Below are positions 12,730-23,769 of a stretch of DNA of 64,000 nt, piece by piece. Source of the stretch: Psammoneis japonica. Taxonomy: Eukaryota. Position numbers and translations under genes: made by a program. Every line of letters begins with the position of its first letter. The stretch's first letter is position 1. Below the pieces are notes generated by a model that worked only from the letters and a program-made list of their open reading frames with translations, was not told the DNA's origin and did no database searches. The stretch covers positions 1-64,000 of the forward strand of contig QPGO01000198.1 in the NCBI GenBank assembly GCA_008632985.1, read 5' to 3'.

Positions 12730-14600
12730 TTTTTTATTTTAGAGTTGTCTTGTCCTCCTCATGGGCCACATGTTCAACAAGCTCCAATGTGTGCTTGAGC
12801 AGAGACTTCTCAGTTGTGCCTTGTGGAGCTGGGATGTTTTTCCAAGAGCCGGGGTCATTGTGAAACTGCCGGTCTTTGAACAAATCTTTCAACAACGTGG
12901 CAACCATCATTTTCTTGTTGTCCTTTTTCTCAGGCACAGCCTTGGCTGCTGAATTGTGCGCCAAAGTTCTCGCAGCTGCTGGAAACAAATCCTGTGGGGT
13001 GGTGGCAGTGGCAGCACCAGTTGCAGCAGTGGCAGCACTGGTTGCAACTGGCAGAGCTTGTGCAGGTGATGGCACTTCCAGTCTTGGGCTCTTGTTGCTT
13101 GTCTCTGTGTTGCTGGTTTCTCTGGGGCGCTGTCTTGATCCCCTGGCTCCCGGCAGTCTTTTCAACAGCAACAGCTTGCTTCATGACACCTGCAGTTCTT
13201 GTTGTTGCTCCTGCATTTGCTGTTGTTGCTGGTGCAGTGTCATTTGCAATGAGGCAACAGTGCAATGATCAGACTGTTTTTCTTGCACCAGGGTTGCCAT
13301 CATTTGCTTCAGTTTGAACAGCACATTTGACTGTTGATTCACAGCTGCTGTCACTTGGGCCTGCCCTCCGCCTGGAGCAATTTGGGCCATTTCTGGATTG
13401 TGCTCTCGGAAGTCTTTCATGATTGTGGCAGACCCCACTCATCAAGAATGGCCTCTGGAGAAATGCCTGGGAAGTGGGCATTGGAAAGGCTTGCACTTCT
13501 GGCAGCAGTGCAAAGTTTGGTCACCACTGCATTGTGGTCTTTGCATTCTTGGGTGACTCGGACATGACACATCATCAATGATGCAAGTCCTGTCTGAAGG
13601 ATTTGGTGCAGCCCTCTCTGCTTGTCTTTAAATCCTTGCATTGAAATGACAAAGTTTTTGTCAGCTGTTTCTCCACCTGTGCTGCAACATGAATTCCCAG
13701 GCTCTCGAGTCGGGGCACCCTTGTGTCGATGTCGACGTTGTCATGTCGATGAAGGGCCTTGGCAGCTCTAAGTCCCAGCACAAACAAAGTGAAGTTGGCA
13801 TGGGAATCCAAGGAGGTGCCAGCAGTGTGCCCTGATCAGGAACAAATGTCTGCAATTCCAATCAAAGGGTGAGCCATGAGTTCTGTGATGGAGCCGCGTC
13901 ATTCAGATTTGGCTGAAAACGTCTTTGCAAGATTTTCGGAACAACCATTGGGCAGATTTGTCCTTGCACTTGTGAAGATCTGGAAAGACAAAGTTGGCAA
14001 TGGCCTGCTTGTCTGCACCAGAATGAAATGGGCCACCCTCCATGGCCCAAAATCTTGCCATGCAATGACAGAAATCCAGGAGAAATTCAAGCCGGTGCGG
14101 GACCATTGCCATGGTGCACTTTCGGAGCAGCTTGAGCTCCACCCACCCAGTGTCTGTCACTTCAAAGAAAGGATGCCATTGCCAATCAATGCAGCTGTTG
14201 AACTTAATTTCAACACCTCGACCCACCACAAAATGCAGCATTGCAAGCCAACATTGCTGCTGCAAAGCTCCTTCCCTGTTGCACAGCAGGGTGGCTTTGT
14301 CAAAAAGCTTTTTGACAATGCTCAGGAGATCAATCTTCTGAAGCAAGGTTCCAATGTCATCATCAGGTGCAATGTGATTGCCGCAGAAGAGACGATTGTC
14401 CTGATGGGGTGGCTGGGTGGTGGCATTGCCAAAAACGTGCATTCGCCACCTGGAGACGTGTGGAGCCGAGTGCACTCTCTTTCAAAAGTGGGGTGCATTC
14501 TGCTCCACCACTCAGGCACCTCAGATGGCCTCAAGCCTTGAGTCCAGGTGGTTTGGAAATTTTTCATGCAAGAACTTGATGACCTTCCCAGTGCATTTTG
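12730..14600 (-). pseudogene. Decayed tyrosine-recombinase (Crypton-like) coding relic
   Basis: Minus-strand reading FSAKSE*RGSITELMAHPLIGIADICS*SGHTAGTSLDSH near 13.8-13.92 kb resembles YR box II (HSxRRG..T..RxGH/W..Y), with the catalytic Tyr position read as His. Recognised by eye only. Confidence 0.45.
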
Positions 14601-15239
14601 AGAGAGACGATGCCATCACTGGCTTGACGGGCTCATCTGCATTGTGACTCCTTGGGGGGGAAGGTTGGCATCAAAGTTTGCTGGAGTGGGAGTGGTGGAA
14701 ACCCACAAACAGAATTGAAACATCCTGCTTCCAAATTCTTGCTGTCAGTTTTGACAAAATGCATTTGAGCTGTTGGCAGCCTGCCCATAAAATGGCAAAA
14801 CACCTTGTGCAGCCTTGTTGCCACCCTGTTGGCTTGGGCCGTGCTGCCAGCATCTCCCATGTTGTGGCCCAACTGACCAGGCAGAGAAGGTTGCTGGCTG
14901 GACATGGTGTCCACAACCAACAACGCGACAATGCGATGACGACAATGCAACAATGATGCAACGTGCGACACACTGCTGCCAATTTGCATTGCCACCAATG
15001 ATGATGTCAATGCATTGTCTTGTGCATTGGCATTGGGCATTGTGCATTGTGCCCTGGAGGTGCCCCATGCGCAAAAACCACAGAAAGATTGCCACACAGA
15101 CTCTGGCACAAATTCCGTTTTTGCACAGTTGTCGTGTGAAAATGGGTCAGTGCAGAGGGAAAAATCTGCAACACCCCCCCCCCCCCCCCCCCCCCCAAAT
15201 TTGAGTTTGCCCAAAGCACAACTTTGACCACACATTTGC

Positions 15240-15885
15240 GCAGAATCACAAAGTCAAAAAACCACAAAAACATGCAGGACTCTGTGCAAATCCAGTGCAA
15301 AACAAATGCACGGCTGCCCTCTTCACACCACGGTGAAGCAAGGGGCAATCACAAAAATGTGCCAACAGCTTTGATCACTGTTGTTGGCATTGTCATTCAA
15401 CTGCACTCATTGCTGTGACATTGCAAGCCTCTGAGTCATCTGCCGGTGCCAAGATTGAGCTGCCGTGAATCATCAAACTGTCGTCATCCGCAGTGCAACA
15501 TCCTCAAGGTGACTGTGAGGTGTGACGGGCTTGAGGACTGAGGACAAAAAAATGCTGGGGTGCTCCAATTGCTTCCTCTGCTGGTGCTTTGGCATGTGCT
15601 CTGGTGAGCATGGCACACATCTTCTAATTGTTGCCACATGCTTCAATTCCAATGTTTTGCTTCGGCCAACATTTCCTCCATTTGGGCTTGTCATCCACCA
15701 CCACCCACAATCCACAATGCCCTGCTGCCATGCAATGTGAGAGGGTTCATTGCGTTTGGTTGCACAAGGGGTTGCAATGAGATGATGGACTGCGGCACCA
15801 TCCCGACTTGACAAAGGAAAAATGCACTAGACTTGTGTAGAATCCTGCATGTTTTGCTGTTTTTGGACTTCATGATGAGGAGCCT
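15240..15885. repeat. Inverted repeat pair (~60 bp) bounding ~640 bp; possible further nested MITE
   Basis: AAGTCAAAAAACCACAAAAACATGCAGGACTCTGTGCAAATCCAGTGCA (~15251-15299) versus the reverse complement of TGCACTAGACTTGTGTAGAATCCTGCATGTTTTGCTGTTTTTGGACTT (~15823-15870). Confidence 0.65.
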
Positions 15886-16399
15886 CATGGTGCACCAGGA
15901 GCATGAAATTCATCACTGAACAACACAGCTGCACTTCTTAAATTGACACTTTGGTTGGTTTAGAAGGGTTTCACAGTCTCAAAGTTGTTGCGTGCAAAAA
16001 GATTGAAGATTGGCGCAGCAACCCAACCACGCATGTTGCTGCCTCCAATCACAGTTTTTGTTTCACCAGACAAAAATCTTAGCACAACCAAACAAACCAA
16101 CATGTGAAATGGACCAAACTGACAGATGAAGAGTCATTCCAGTTGTTGTTGGGTTCCAAGTGGAGCAACAATGCAAAATCGACACACAGTGGGTTTTCTG
16201 GCGGACACATCCGCGAATGAGGGCGCAACGCAAATCACACCAAACCACAATGATGCATCGCCAAATGAGCCCAAAATGTGACGGAACAAATCAAATGTGT
16301 CAAAACAGCAAATGAGCAAATCATTCCAGCTGTTTTTGTTGTGTTCCCAAGTTGAGCCATCATGCACAATCGACTCAACACAGTTGCAGCATGCCACCA

Positions 16400-17120
16400 A
16401 TGAGGGTGAGACGTGAGATTGATCGCGCTCAATGGCAAGGACACACAAACAGATGATTCAAGTGTACAATGACACTCCACAATTGCTCCAAAAAAGTCAT
16501 TCCAGATTGTTTTGTCAAGTTCCAAGTCCAGCTCTTGTGCACTGTCAACGTGAAAGAGGTTCCTGCATGCTCAACTGTGAGGATGAGATGCAAGACCGTG
16601 AGGTCAACGCTCAGCTGCAAGAATTCATTGACAGATGATTCAAATGCATGACAGCACTCCACAATTGTTCCATGAAAGTTGTTCCAGAGTCATTTTGTTA
16701 AGTTCCAAGTCAAGCTCTCATGCACTGTTGACGTGAAGCAGTTCCTGGGCACCCAGCCACAAGGATGACACGCTAGACCACGAGATTGATGCTCAACTGC
16801 AAGGACACATTAACAGATGGTTCAAACACACGATGGCACTCCACAATCATTCCATGAAAGTCGTTCCAGAGACATTTTGTTGAGTGTCAAGTCCAGCTCT
16901 TGTGTGCTGTCAACATGAAGTGGTTCCTGTGCACCCAACAACAAGGATGACACGCTGGACCTCGAGATCGACACTCAACTGTAAGGACACATTAACAGAT
17001 GGTTCAAACACATGACAGCACTCCACAATTTTTCCACAAAAGTCATTCCAGAGATGTGGTGTCAAGTTTCAAGTCCAGCTCTTGTGCGCCATTGACTGGA
17101 AGCGGCTCCTGCATGCTGTG
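16400..17120 (+). repeat. Tandem repeat, 4 x 182 bp
   Basis: Anchor CACTCCACAAT at 16473, 16655, 16837 and 17019 (exact 182-bp spacing). Confidence 0.9.
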
Positions 17121-18289
17121 TCCCTGAATGATTGGCAGTGCTGGTCACTGAGGACACCCCCACAATCCACAACTCAATCCAACTCACTGACAAAGCATCA
17201 ACACTGCAAAAAATGCAATGCCAACACCTTGCTCTGGAACATGAAAAAAAACAAATGACTGTGAGCAGGTGACACAAGGGCAGACACCACCCCAAAAACA
17301 TCAAAACACGACTCTGCACCATGTGGTGCACAAACACAACTTAACATGATCAATTTTCTCACCATGATGTCATGATGTGTGCATGTCAGTCAAAGGATGG
17401 GGATTCTTGGCGAGCATCACAGAGACGAACGCCATTTTCACCATTGATGATTTTTGAATTTGTGCTCTTGTCATTGGAAATGCACCACATTCTGCGCAGT
17501 GCAGTCTGACAGTGATTGATTTTGGGCGGATGGACACTGGCAAACTCCCCCAGCAAATGAAATTGAGCGTGACGCACATCTGCGGGGCTTTCTACGGGGC
17601 GTGAGAGACTGCTTGTTTTCGCGGGAGGCTTGTGCAAAAGTTGTGCTTTCGGCAGTTGTTTTTTTATTTTGGGGGTGTGTCGCACAATTTTTTCCCTGTG
17701 CACTGACCCATTTTTGCACGACAACCTCACAAAAACGGAATTTGTGCCACAGTCTGCATGGCAATCTTTCTGCAGTTTTCATGCATGGGATGCAGGCTTC
17801 GCACAAGACGACAACACTCAAGACGACACATTCATCATCGTTGGTCATTGGTGCTGTGGCGCAAATCAGCGGCGCATCGTCATTGCATCAATCATGGCAG
17901 TGTCAACAATGAACCAAGAGCGGCATGTGCAGAACAATTGTGAGAGGATTCTCACTTGGCAACTGTCACTTTGAGGCTGCTGGATGAACTGGATGTGTCT
18001 GTGTCTCTCACCAAAGGCGTCCGCATTGTTTTTCAGATCAGACCATCTCTGCGTGTGACATCGCAGCGTCAGCGATTGACAATGATGTCTCTGACAACAC
18101 AATCAAAGCATGCGGTTGGTTGGATGATTAAAATGACAATCACATGAGCACTTGTTCGAAAATTGAAATTGCTGAGTTACAATGGAATGGTGTTGTTCAT
18201 GGGGTGTGGAGGGCTCCGTCGGGGTCTTGCAGCTCACTCTGTTGGCTGTGGCATTCGTGGTTTGGGATCTCCAAGTCAATGGCTTTTTC

Positions 18290-18760
18290 TCTCTTTAGAG
18301 TTTTGGAAGAACAAAGAGCAGCAGTGTTGGAAAAAAGGCAAGAGCGTGTCATTGAAATTGCCCCATGAAATGTTGTGCGTGCTCATTCATTCTGTTTCTT
18401 TTCTGCATCTGCTCCCAAAGGACACCACACCAGCTTTTGCGGACGGCGATGGTCTTTCTTCTCTTTGAAGTTTTGGAATGATGAAGAGCAGCATCATTGG
18501 GAAAACAGGTGCATGTGTGTGGTTGGAACTGCTGTGTGATGTGTGCGAGCACTCATTCACTCTGTTTCTTTCCTTCTTTTTTTCGTCTGCGCCTGCAGGA
18601 CACCGCAGCTCTCGCGGATGGCAGTGGGTCTTTTCCTCTTGGATTCTGGAAGAAGGAGCAGCAGCATTGCAAATGAAGCATGAGCGTGTCATTGTAATTG
18701 TGCACAAAGCACACGAATGCTCATTCATTCTGTTTCTTTCTGTTTGCGCTTGTTCTTGTG
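18290..18760 (+). repeat. Diverged tandem repeat, ~3 x 170 bp
   Basis: Anchor CTCATTCA.TCTGTTTCTTT at ~18382, ~18552 and ~18720. Confidence 0.75.
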
Positions 18761-19768
18761 GGTTTGGTTTCACATCGGCATTGTTGTTGGCGGGACCGGT
18801 GCACCATTTCTTTCATTCGTTTCCTTCATCATGTGTCTCTCTTGACCCATTCTTGATGGCTCTTTGGCAATGGAATGTGTCAAGGGAGAGGCAAAGCTTT
18901 GACAGCAACTTGTCGGGGAGTGTGGCTTGATTTTGGGGCGGCTTGTTTGCAAGAGAATTCCTCGTGTCACAGCTTCCACAGGAAACAAAATGCACTTGCT
19001 GGTTTCTGCACTGCCTGCCAAAAAAGGCACTCCTAAGATCCAAGCCTTGGGCGATGTTGCTTTGTTTAAACTTTCCCACAATGTTTGTCTCACAGACGTT
19101 GCTTTCCCTTTCCTGAACATTCCCACCAAACCACCATTGTGCGCGGCAAACATCATGCATTGAATGGCTCCCCCCGCTCAATTCTCGGTGATTGACATGT
19201 CACAAACAGTTGATTGGAGGGAAGCCTTCATAGCATTCTGACAATCAAGGCGTGAGATTCCCCCTTCTAGAGCATCGCACCATCGGCGGGTGGTGGATCG
19301 GCGGCAGCCGTTGTCGATTTGCTCGACATCATCATTGTTTGGACCGCAAACAACCAAATCTTCCGGCATGAGACGCAGCTGAAATTTCACAGCAATGTCT
19401 GTCGATCTGCAGTGTCCGAAGTTTTAAATCTCATTGCAGGTTTAGCGGCAGCAACGCAAGGTTCGTCATTGTCGACAACATGCCGGCACGGCAGTGACAC
19501 CAAACCGAGGTTTATTTTGGATCTTAGCCGCACAAGGCGCGCGTGCTTTTCGTGCTTCCGCGAGCTTCGCCGTGCAAAAGGCCGTGGGTTTTGCGCTTTC
19601 ACGTGAAAACCACGATTTTTCCACGGATGATGACGAAAATGACTGTGTTCATCTCGCGGCTGCTGTTGCCGAACCCACCCCAGATCAATAAAGCATCGTA
19701 TGGACCAGCAGTCTCAACTCTAAACAGCCTCTTATGCGAGAGCAGTGCTCCACAAGTATAACTTCGTC

Positions 19769-20737
19769 ATGAAAAAACAATGCCTTCTCTGCGGCGCTAT
19801 TTTGAGCGCAATTCTTTCCAGTCTCGTATGCAGCGCTTTCACGCCGCATTCCAATGCTGCGCGTTCGAGATATGAATTCGTATTGTACAGGAGAAAACAA
19901 CCGGTGGAGCAAGTGGACGTGATCACTGGTGAAGTTCTCGAAGTGTTTTCGTCTATGAAAGAAGCTGAAAGAATGGTCGGTGTTTACCAACAAAACATTT
20001 CTGCGGTTCTTGCGGGAAGAGCCAAGTCAAGTGGTGGTTATTATTGGCGTCGCCCTGGCGACACAACGCCACCACCAAAAAGAAACAAGTACACGAAAGC
20101 AGTGGAACAAGTGGATGTTGAAACGGGCCAAGTTCTCGCGGTTTTTCCGTCGATGGTTGCTGCCGCGCAAGCCCTGGGAATCCGCGAACAAGGAATATCA
20201 CGCGTCGTGGGAGGTTGCAAAGATCGTTGTTCCTACAAGGGTTTTTTCTGGAGAGAGGCAGGGGACACCACAATGCCCAAGGTGCGGTCAGACAAGAACG
20301 CAAAAAGTATTTCCCACTTGAGACAAAAAGTGGAACAGGTGTGTCCTGAAACAGGGGCCGTTATTGCTACATTCAATTCATCACAAGAAGCAGCAAAAGA
20401 GTTGGGAATACCGCAAACAAAAATCTCGACAGTTTTGAGAGGGATACAGAAGACGGCAAGAGGATATCATTTTCGAAAAATAGGCAAACCCGAAAAGTTC
20501 AAAAAGTCCACTACAGCACGTCCAGTGCAGCAGATTTGCCTCAAAAGTGGTAAACTCTTAGAAACATTTCCTTCCCAAAATTCCGCTGCCGATGCAGTGG
20601 GCGTGACCAGTGCAAGCATCAGAAATGCCGCGATTGGTCATACCAAAAGCAGTGGTGGGTATGGTTGGAGACACGTTGCGTTTCAAGACGAAGTTCGCAA
20701 TGTGGAAAGCAATGTTGTGGGAAAGAAGAGAGGTTGA
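19769..20737 (+). CDS. Plastid-targeted protein with four NUMOD1/IENR1-like HTH DNA-binding repeats (intact copy 3)
   Basis: Signal peptide MKKQCLLCGAILSAILSSLVCSA|F (ASAFAP-type); four repeats of the form (P/K)VxQ(V/I)xxxTGxVLxxFxSxxxAAxxxGxxxxxISxxxxGxxKxxxGYxW(R); retains Tyr codons. Confidence 0.85.
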   Translation: MKKQCLLCGAILSAILSSLVCSAFTPHSNAARSRYEFVLYRRKQPVEQVDVITGEVLEVFSSMKEAERMVGVYQQNISAVLAGRAKSSGGYYWRRPGDTTPPPKRNKYTKAVEQVDVETGQVLAVFPSMVAAAQALGIREQGISRVVGGCKDRCSYKGFFWREAGDTTMPKVRSDKNAKSISHLRQKVEQVCPETGAVIATFNSSQEAAKELGIPQTKISTVLRGIQKTARGYHFRKIGKPEKFKKSTTARPVQQICLKSGKLLETFPSQNSAADAVGVTSASIRNAAIGHTKSSGGYGWRHVAFQDEVRNVESNVVGKKRG

Positions 20738-21573
20738 CTAGCACGTGTTGAGCGACGCGACGGCAACTTTGAGACATGCGTTAAAAACCGGTGTTCCGTT
20801 GCGAATTCGGCTGTTTCATTTGTAGAAACGCAAACCATAGCTCTCGGGAATCCTACACTCAGTCAGCTCCGATGTATTGATGGTGTTAGAGAAGGTAGAA
20901 AAATCCTTGCCCAGTACTCTGTGCTGCCGCAATCAATGAGCGGGAATCATTTAAATGTAGGTAGAGAATAAACGTTCATTCCCCCATTTTCTTCCTAAAC
21001 GAGAATCCAGAATGTGGAACAGGCTTCTTTTACGATGTGGTTTCTTCCTAAACGAGAATCTAGAATGTGGAACAGGCTTCTTTTACGATGTGGGAGTGGT
21101 GCGAGCGAAACATTCAAGAAAGCACAAATGTCTGCCCCCCAGCATGGACGCACGCTTACATGATCTAATACCGGTATAAGACGTGTGGTACTGTAGTAAT
21201 AATCTTTTTGACATCCGAAAAGTCAGCAGCGTGCGTAATACTCGCAGTTATGTACATCGCGCCTTCGGATGTTTCACGCTGTAATATGCTGTCCAAGTGG
21301 GTCATTGTCTGTTCGTTTGGCATGGTGAGCTCATCAAAATTACATAATGTGTGCAACAACAGCGCAAGTCTTGCGCAAGTGTGTGATTTTGTACAGTATA
21401 ACAGTAGAGATCGTTTTCGAAGGCGTTCACCTGGATAGTCACCTGTCGCCTGAATTGTCGAGTACGAATAATCATAAACGCGGCGAGATCTATTAGAGAA
21501 AGCTCATCGAAATCTAGCACTATAGATTCCTCCCACACTGAACACTGATCCGCACATGGGTTGCAAGTTCTCC

Positions 21574-23481
21574 TCACGTCATTGGCAACGACTGTCGCTT
21601 CCCTGGGAGCGACCATGCCTGCCAGCAGAACCCTTCATCATCAAGCCTCTTCATTCGTTCATCCGTCAACTGCGATTTCTTACCATTCATTCTCAGAGTA
21701 AACTCAAGCCTCTGTTTGCGTACCCATTTCCCCAACTCTTTGTTTGCTTCATACGCATGAGGCACATTGCAATGTCCAAATTCCGCTTTGAATTCACGTA
21801 ACTGTTCAAACCGTGCTTCCCAACCTTGAGTAGGCCGCGGGATTTGCCACTCAAACCCAATGACTTCGAGACGTCTGATTTGTTCTGGTGTGAGGGGATC
21901 TAGTTTGCTGAAGCTCGGTGGCCCTGGCTTTCCTGTTGAAATGACGTTAGCGCACTTTTTCTTCCAACGCTGCGTCTTGACCCAGTTACCGATACCACTC
22001 TTACGAGGTGGGACATTACAATGCCCATGAACTCTCCTGAATTTTACCAAGTCGTTGAACCTGTCATCCCATGCCTTGTTCGTTTCAGCTTCATCCCAAA
22101 CGAAACCAAGCTCGTCCAGCGCCTTGATCCGTTCCTCTGTCAAGACCTTTTGCACATCTGAGTCACGATTCTTGTAAAAACCCCGTTGCTTTTCAACCCA
22201 GGCTTTCAGTGGATCTTGATGTACATTACAGTTTCCATGTGTCTCTTGGTATGCCTTCAACTCTACAAAGCGCATGTCCCAGTCAAAATCATTGCTTGAC
22301 CATTCAAAACCAATGCTGTTGAGCTTGTTGGCACGTTTCTCCGCCAACTCGACAGTATTCCCCAACTTTCCGTCATGAAAAAGTCGACGTTGTTCAAAAA
22401 CCCACAACCCAAGTGGCCCATCATGCAAAGACACGTTGCAATGTCCGTTTGTCTTTTTGTATTCTTGCAGTTCTGCAAAGGACTTGAACCAGTCCAACCC
22501 ATCGATATCCCAAACAAACCCAATTGCATCGAGTGCGTCAATTCGTCCCTGCACCAGAGCGTCGTTTTCCTTAAACCGCTTGTCGGCATACCGGCAACGC
22601 TGTACATCCACCCAAAACCCGAGCTCCCGAAGATTCCCATCTTTCTTGGGCACTTCGCAATGTCCATGTTCGTTATGGAACTTTTTCAATTCCTCTAATT
22701 TCATATTCCATTCATGCTCTTTCAAATCCCATACAAACCCAATGCTGTCGAGTAGCTCGATGCGTTCAATTGTCGCTCTATTGTTATACGTATTTCCAAC
22801 CCTGCCGCCGTAAAACTGCCTCTGGCGCTCCACCCAATGTCCAAGCGGGAACACGTTGGTTGGAACATGACAATGGCCATTTTTCATTCTATACTTTAAC
22901 AATTCCACCAGCATATCATTCCACGATGCAACGGGTTGTTGTGGTTCACTCTTATTCGTTGGATTTCGTGCATCCGCTGGAGGTGGTGCTGGTGCCGGCA
23001 CACTTTCCTTTGCTGGCTCTGTAGGAGTGTCATCGTCATCCATCCTATCCATCCTCATAATATTTGAATATGGCTGAGTATCAATAAACGGAGGAGGGCC
23101 TCGAGGAGCATACAAAGCAGGCCCCTGTGGAGGAGGAGGGCCTCTCCATGGCATCATTATGGGTTGGTGCCGAGGCGGAACATAATGATGTGTCGGTGGG
23201 TGTGGATGATATGGAGGCGGGTGGTGCGTAAAGAGCGGACTGTTTGTACGAACCGGTGGCGGAGGTTGTTGAAGAGTCACAAGAGCCTGAGCAGCAGGCA
23301 CAGATTCTGTACCTACTAGAGTTTGCCGTTGTGGTTGGTTTCGGTTAACACATGAGAGATCGTACGATCGAGAGGACTGATTGACTGACGATCTCTCGTC
23401 CGAAACATTCTCTTGATTGGAGGGATCTGGTGTAGCTCCGGATTGGTTCGGAAGCCGTGCTTTCTCAGAAGTAACACTCAT
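21574..23481 (-). CDS. Helicase-associated (HA, PF03457-like) repeat protein: six HA domains after a Pro-rich N-terminus
   Basis: Six W..xx..L..(Y/F)....GHC.VP....LG.WV..QR.....RI..L..IGF.W units; first ATG (MSVTSEK) at 23481. Confidence 0.9.
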   Translation of the reverse strand: MSVTSEKARLPNQSGATPDPSNQENVSDERSSVNQSSRSYDLSCVNRNQPQRQTLVGTESVPAAQALVTLQQPPPPVRTNSPLFTHHPPPYHPHPPTHHYVPPRHQPIMMPWRGPPPPQGPALYAPRGPPPFIDTQPYSNIMRMDRMDDDDTPTEPAKESVPAPAPPPADARNPTNKSEPQQPVASWNDMLVELLKYRMKNGHCHVPTNVFPLGHWVERQRQFYGGRVGNTYNNRATIERIELLDSIGFVWDLKEHEWNMKLEELKKFHNEHGHCEVPKKDGNLRELGFWVDVQRCRYADKRFKENDALVQGRIDALDAIGFVWDIDGLDWFKSFAELQEYKKTNGHCNVSLHDGPLGLWVFEQRRLFHDGKLGNTVELAEKRANKLNSIGFEWSSNDFDWDMRFVELKAYQETHGNCNVHQDPLKAWVEKQRGFYKNRDSDVQKVLTEERIKALDELGFVWDEAETNKAWDDRFNDLVKFRRVHGHCNVPPRKSGIGNWVKTQRWKKKCANVISTGKPGPPSFSKLDPLTPEQIRRLEVIGFEWQIPRPTQGWEARFEQLREFKAEFGHCNVPHAYEANKELGKWVRKQRLEFTLRMNGKKSQLTDERMKRLDDEGFCWQAWSLPGKRQSLPMT

Positions 23482-23769
23482 AATTAGACCTGCAGCGTTG
23501 GTCGAGTGAAGGAGAAACGAAGAGGGCTTCGTGACATTGAGCAGCAAGTGCTAACAGGAGTACCAATTGCCAATGTGCAGTTCGCAATTACAATAGCGTG
23601 TCTGCATCATTTTTTCTGCAATGCAATGCGCCGCGTCGCCGCGTCGCGTGCCGCTTCGCAACACGAGTAAATCCCGATGGAGTGGTCGGACAGACGAGAC
23701 GGTCAACGTGCAGTAAGTTAGACAGGGCCCTGTGCTCTAGCAGCAAGAGCGAATAGAGCAGAGCGAGCG

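Larger units (their letters stand above)
15063..17790. mobile_element. Nested ~2.7-kb non-autonomous TIR element (~170-bp TIRs)
   Basis: CAGAAAGATTGCCA..CAGACT.TGGCACAAATTCCGTTTTTG..GTTGTCGTG..AAAATGGGTCAGTGCA at 15081-15155 is mirrored in inverted orientation at ~17695-17772; flanked by TG on both sides. Confidence 0.8.
12106..19645. mobile_element. 7.5-kb DNA transposon-like element with ~130-150-bp TIRs (CAGTC...GACTG) inserted at a TA site (Tc1/mariner-like target), carrying nested relics
   Basis: 12106-12253 matches the reverse complement of 19527-19645. The host flank resumes as TTCATCTCGC, which in unit 1 follows CTTCTA (~7670). Both flanking dinucleotides now read TG. Confidence 0.8.
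7120..21110 (+). repeat. Tandem segmental triplication of a ~1.9-kb unit (sulfotransferase 3' end + spacer + NUMOD1 gene + 3' flank); units start at ~7120, ~9030 and ~11392, and the third is split by a 7.5-kb TIR element
   Basis: GGAAAA.TTTGAGCAGAGAGG..GCAGGCAC recurs at 7121, 9029 and 11393; the following spacer and gene sequences are colinear in all three units. Confidence 0.92.

Noticed and set aside
15174..15196. Poly-C tracts (also ~26324-26340)
   Set aside because: Simple homopolymers within repeats; length is unreliable in the assembly.
16400..17120. Possible CRISPR-like array
   Set aside because: Whole 182-bp units are homologous with no unique spacers, there are no cas genes, and the context is eukaryotic.
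20988..21095. ~52-bp tandem duplication at the end of triplication unit 3 (and a ~19-bp duplication at ~58523-58558)
   Set aside because: Real but ordinary slippage-type duplications with no evidence of function.
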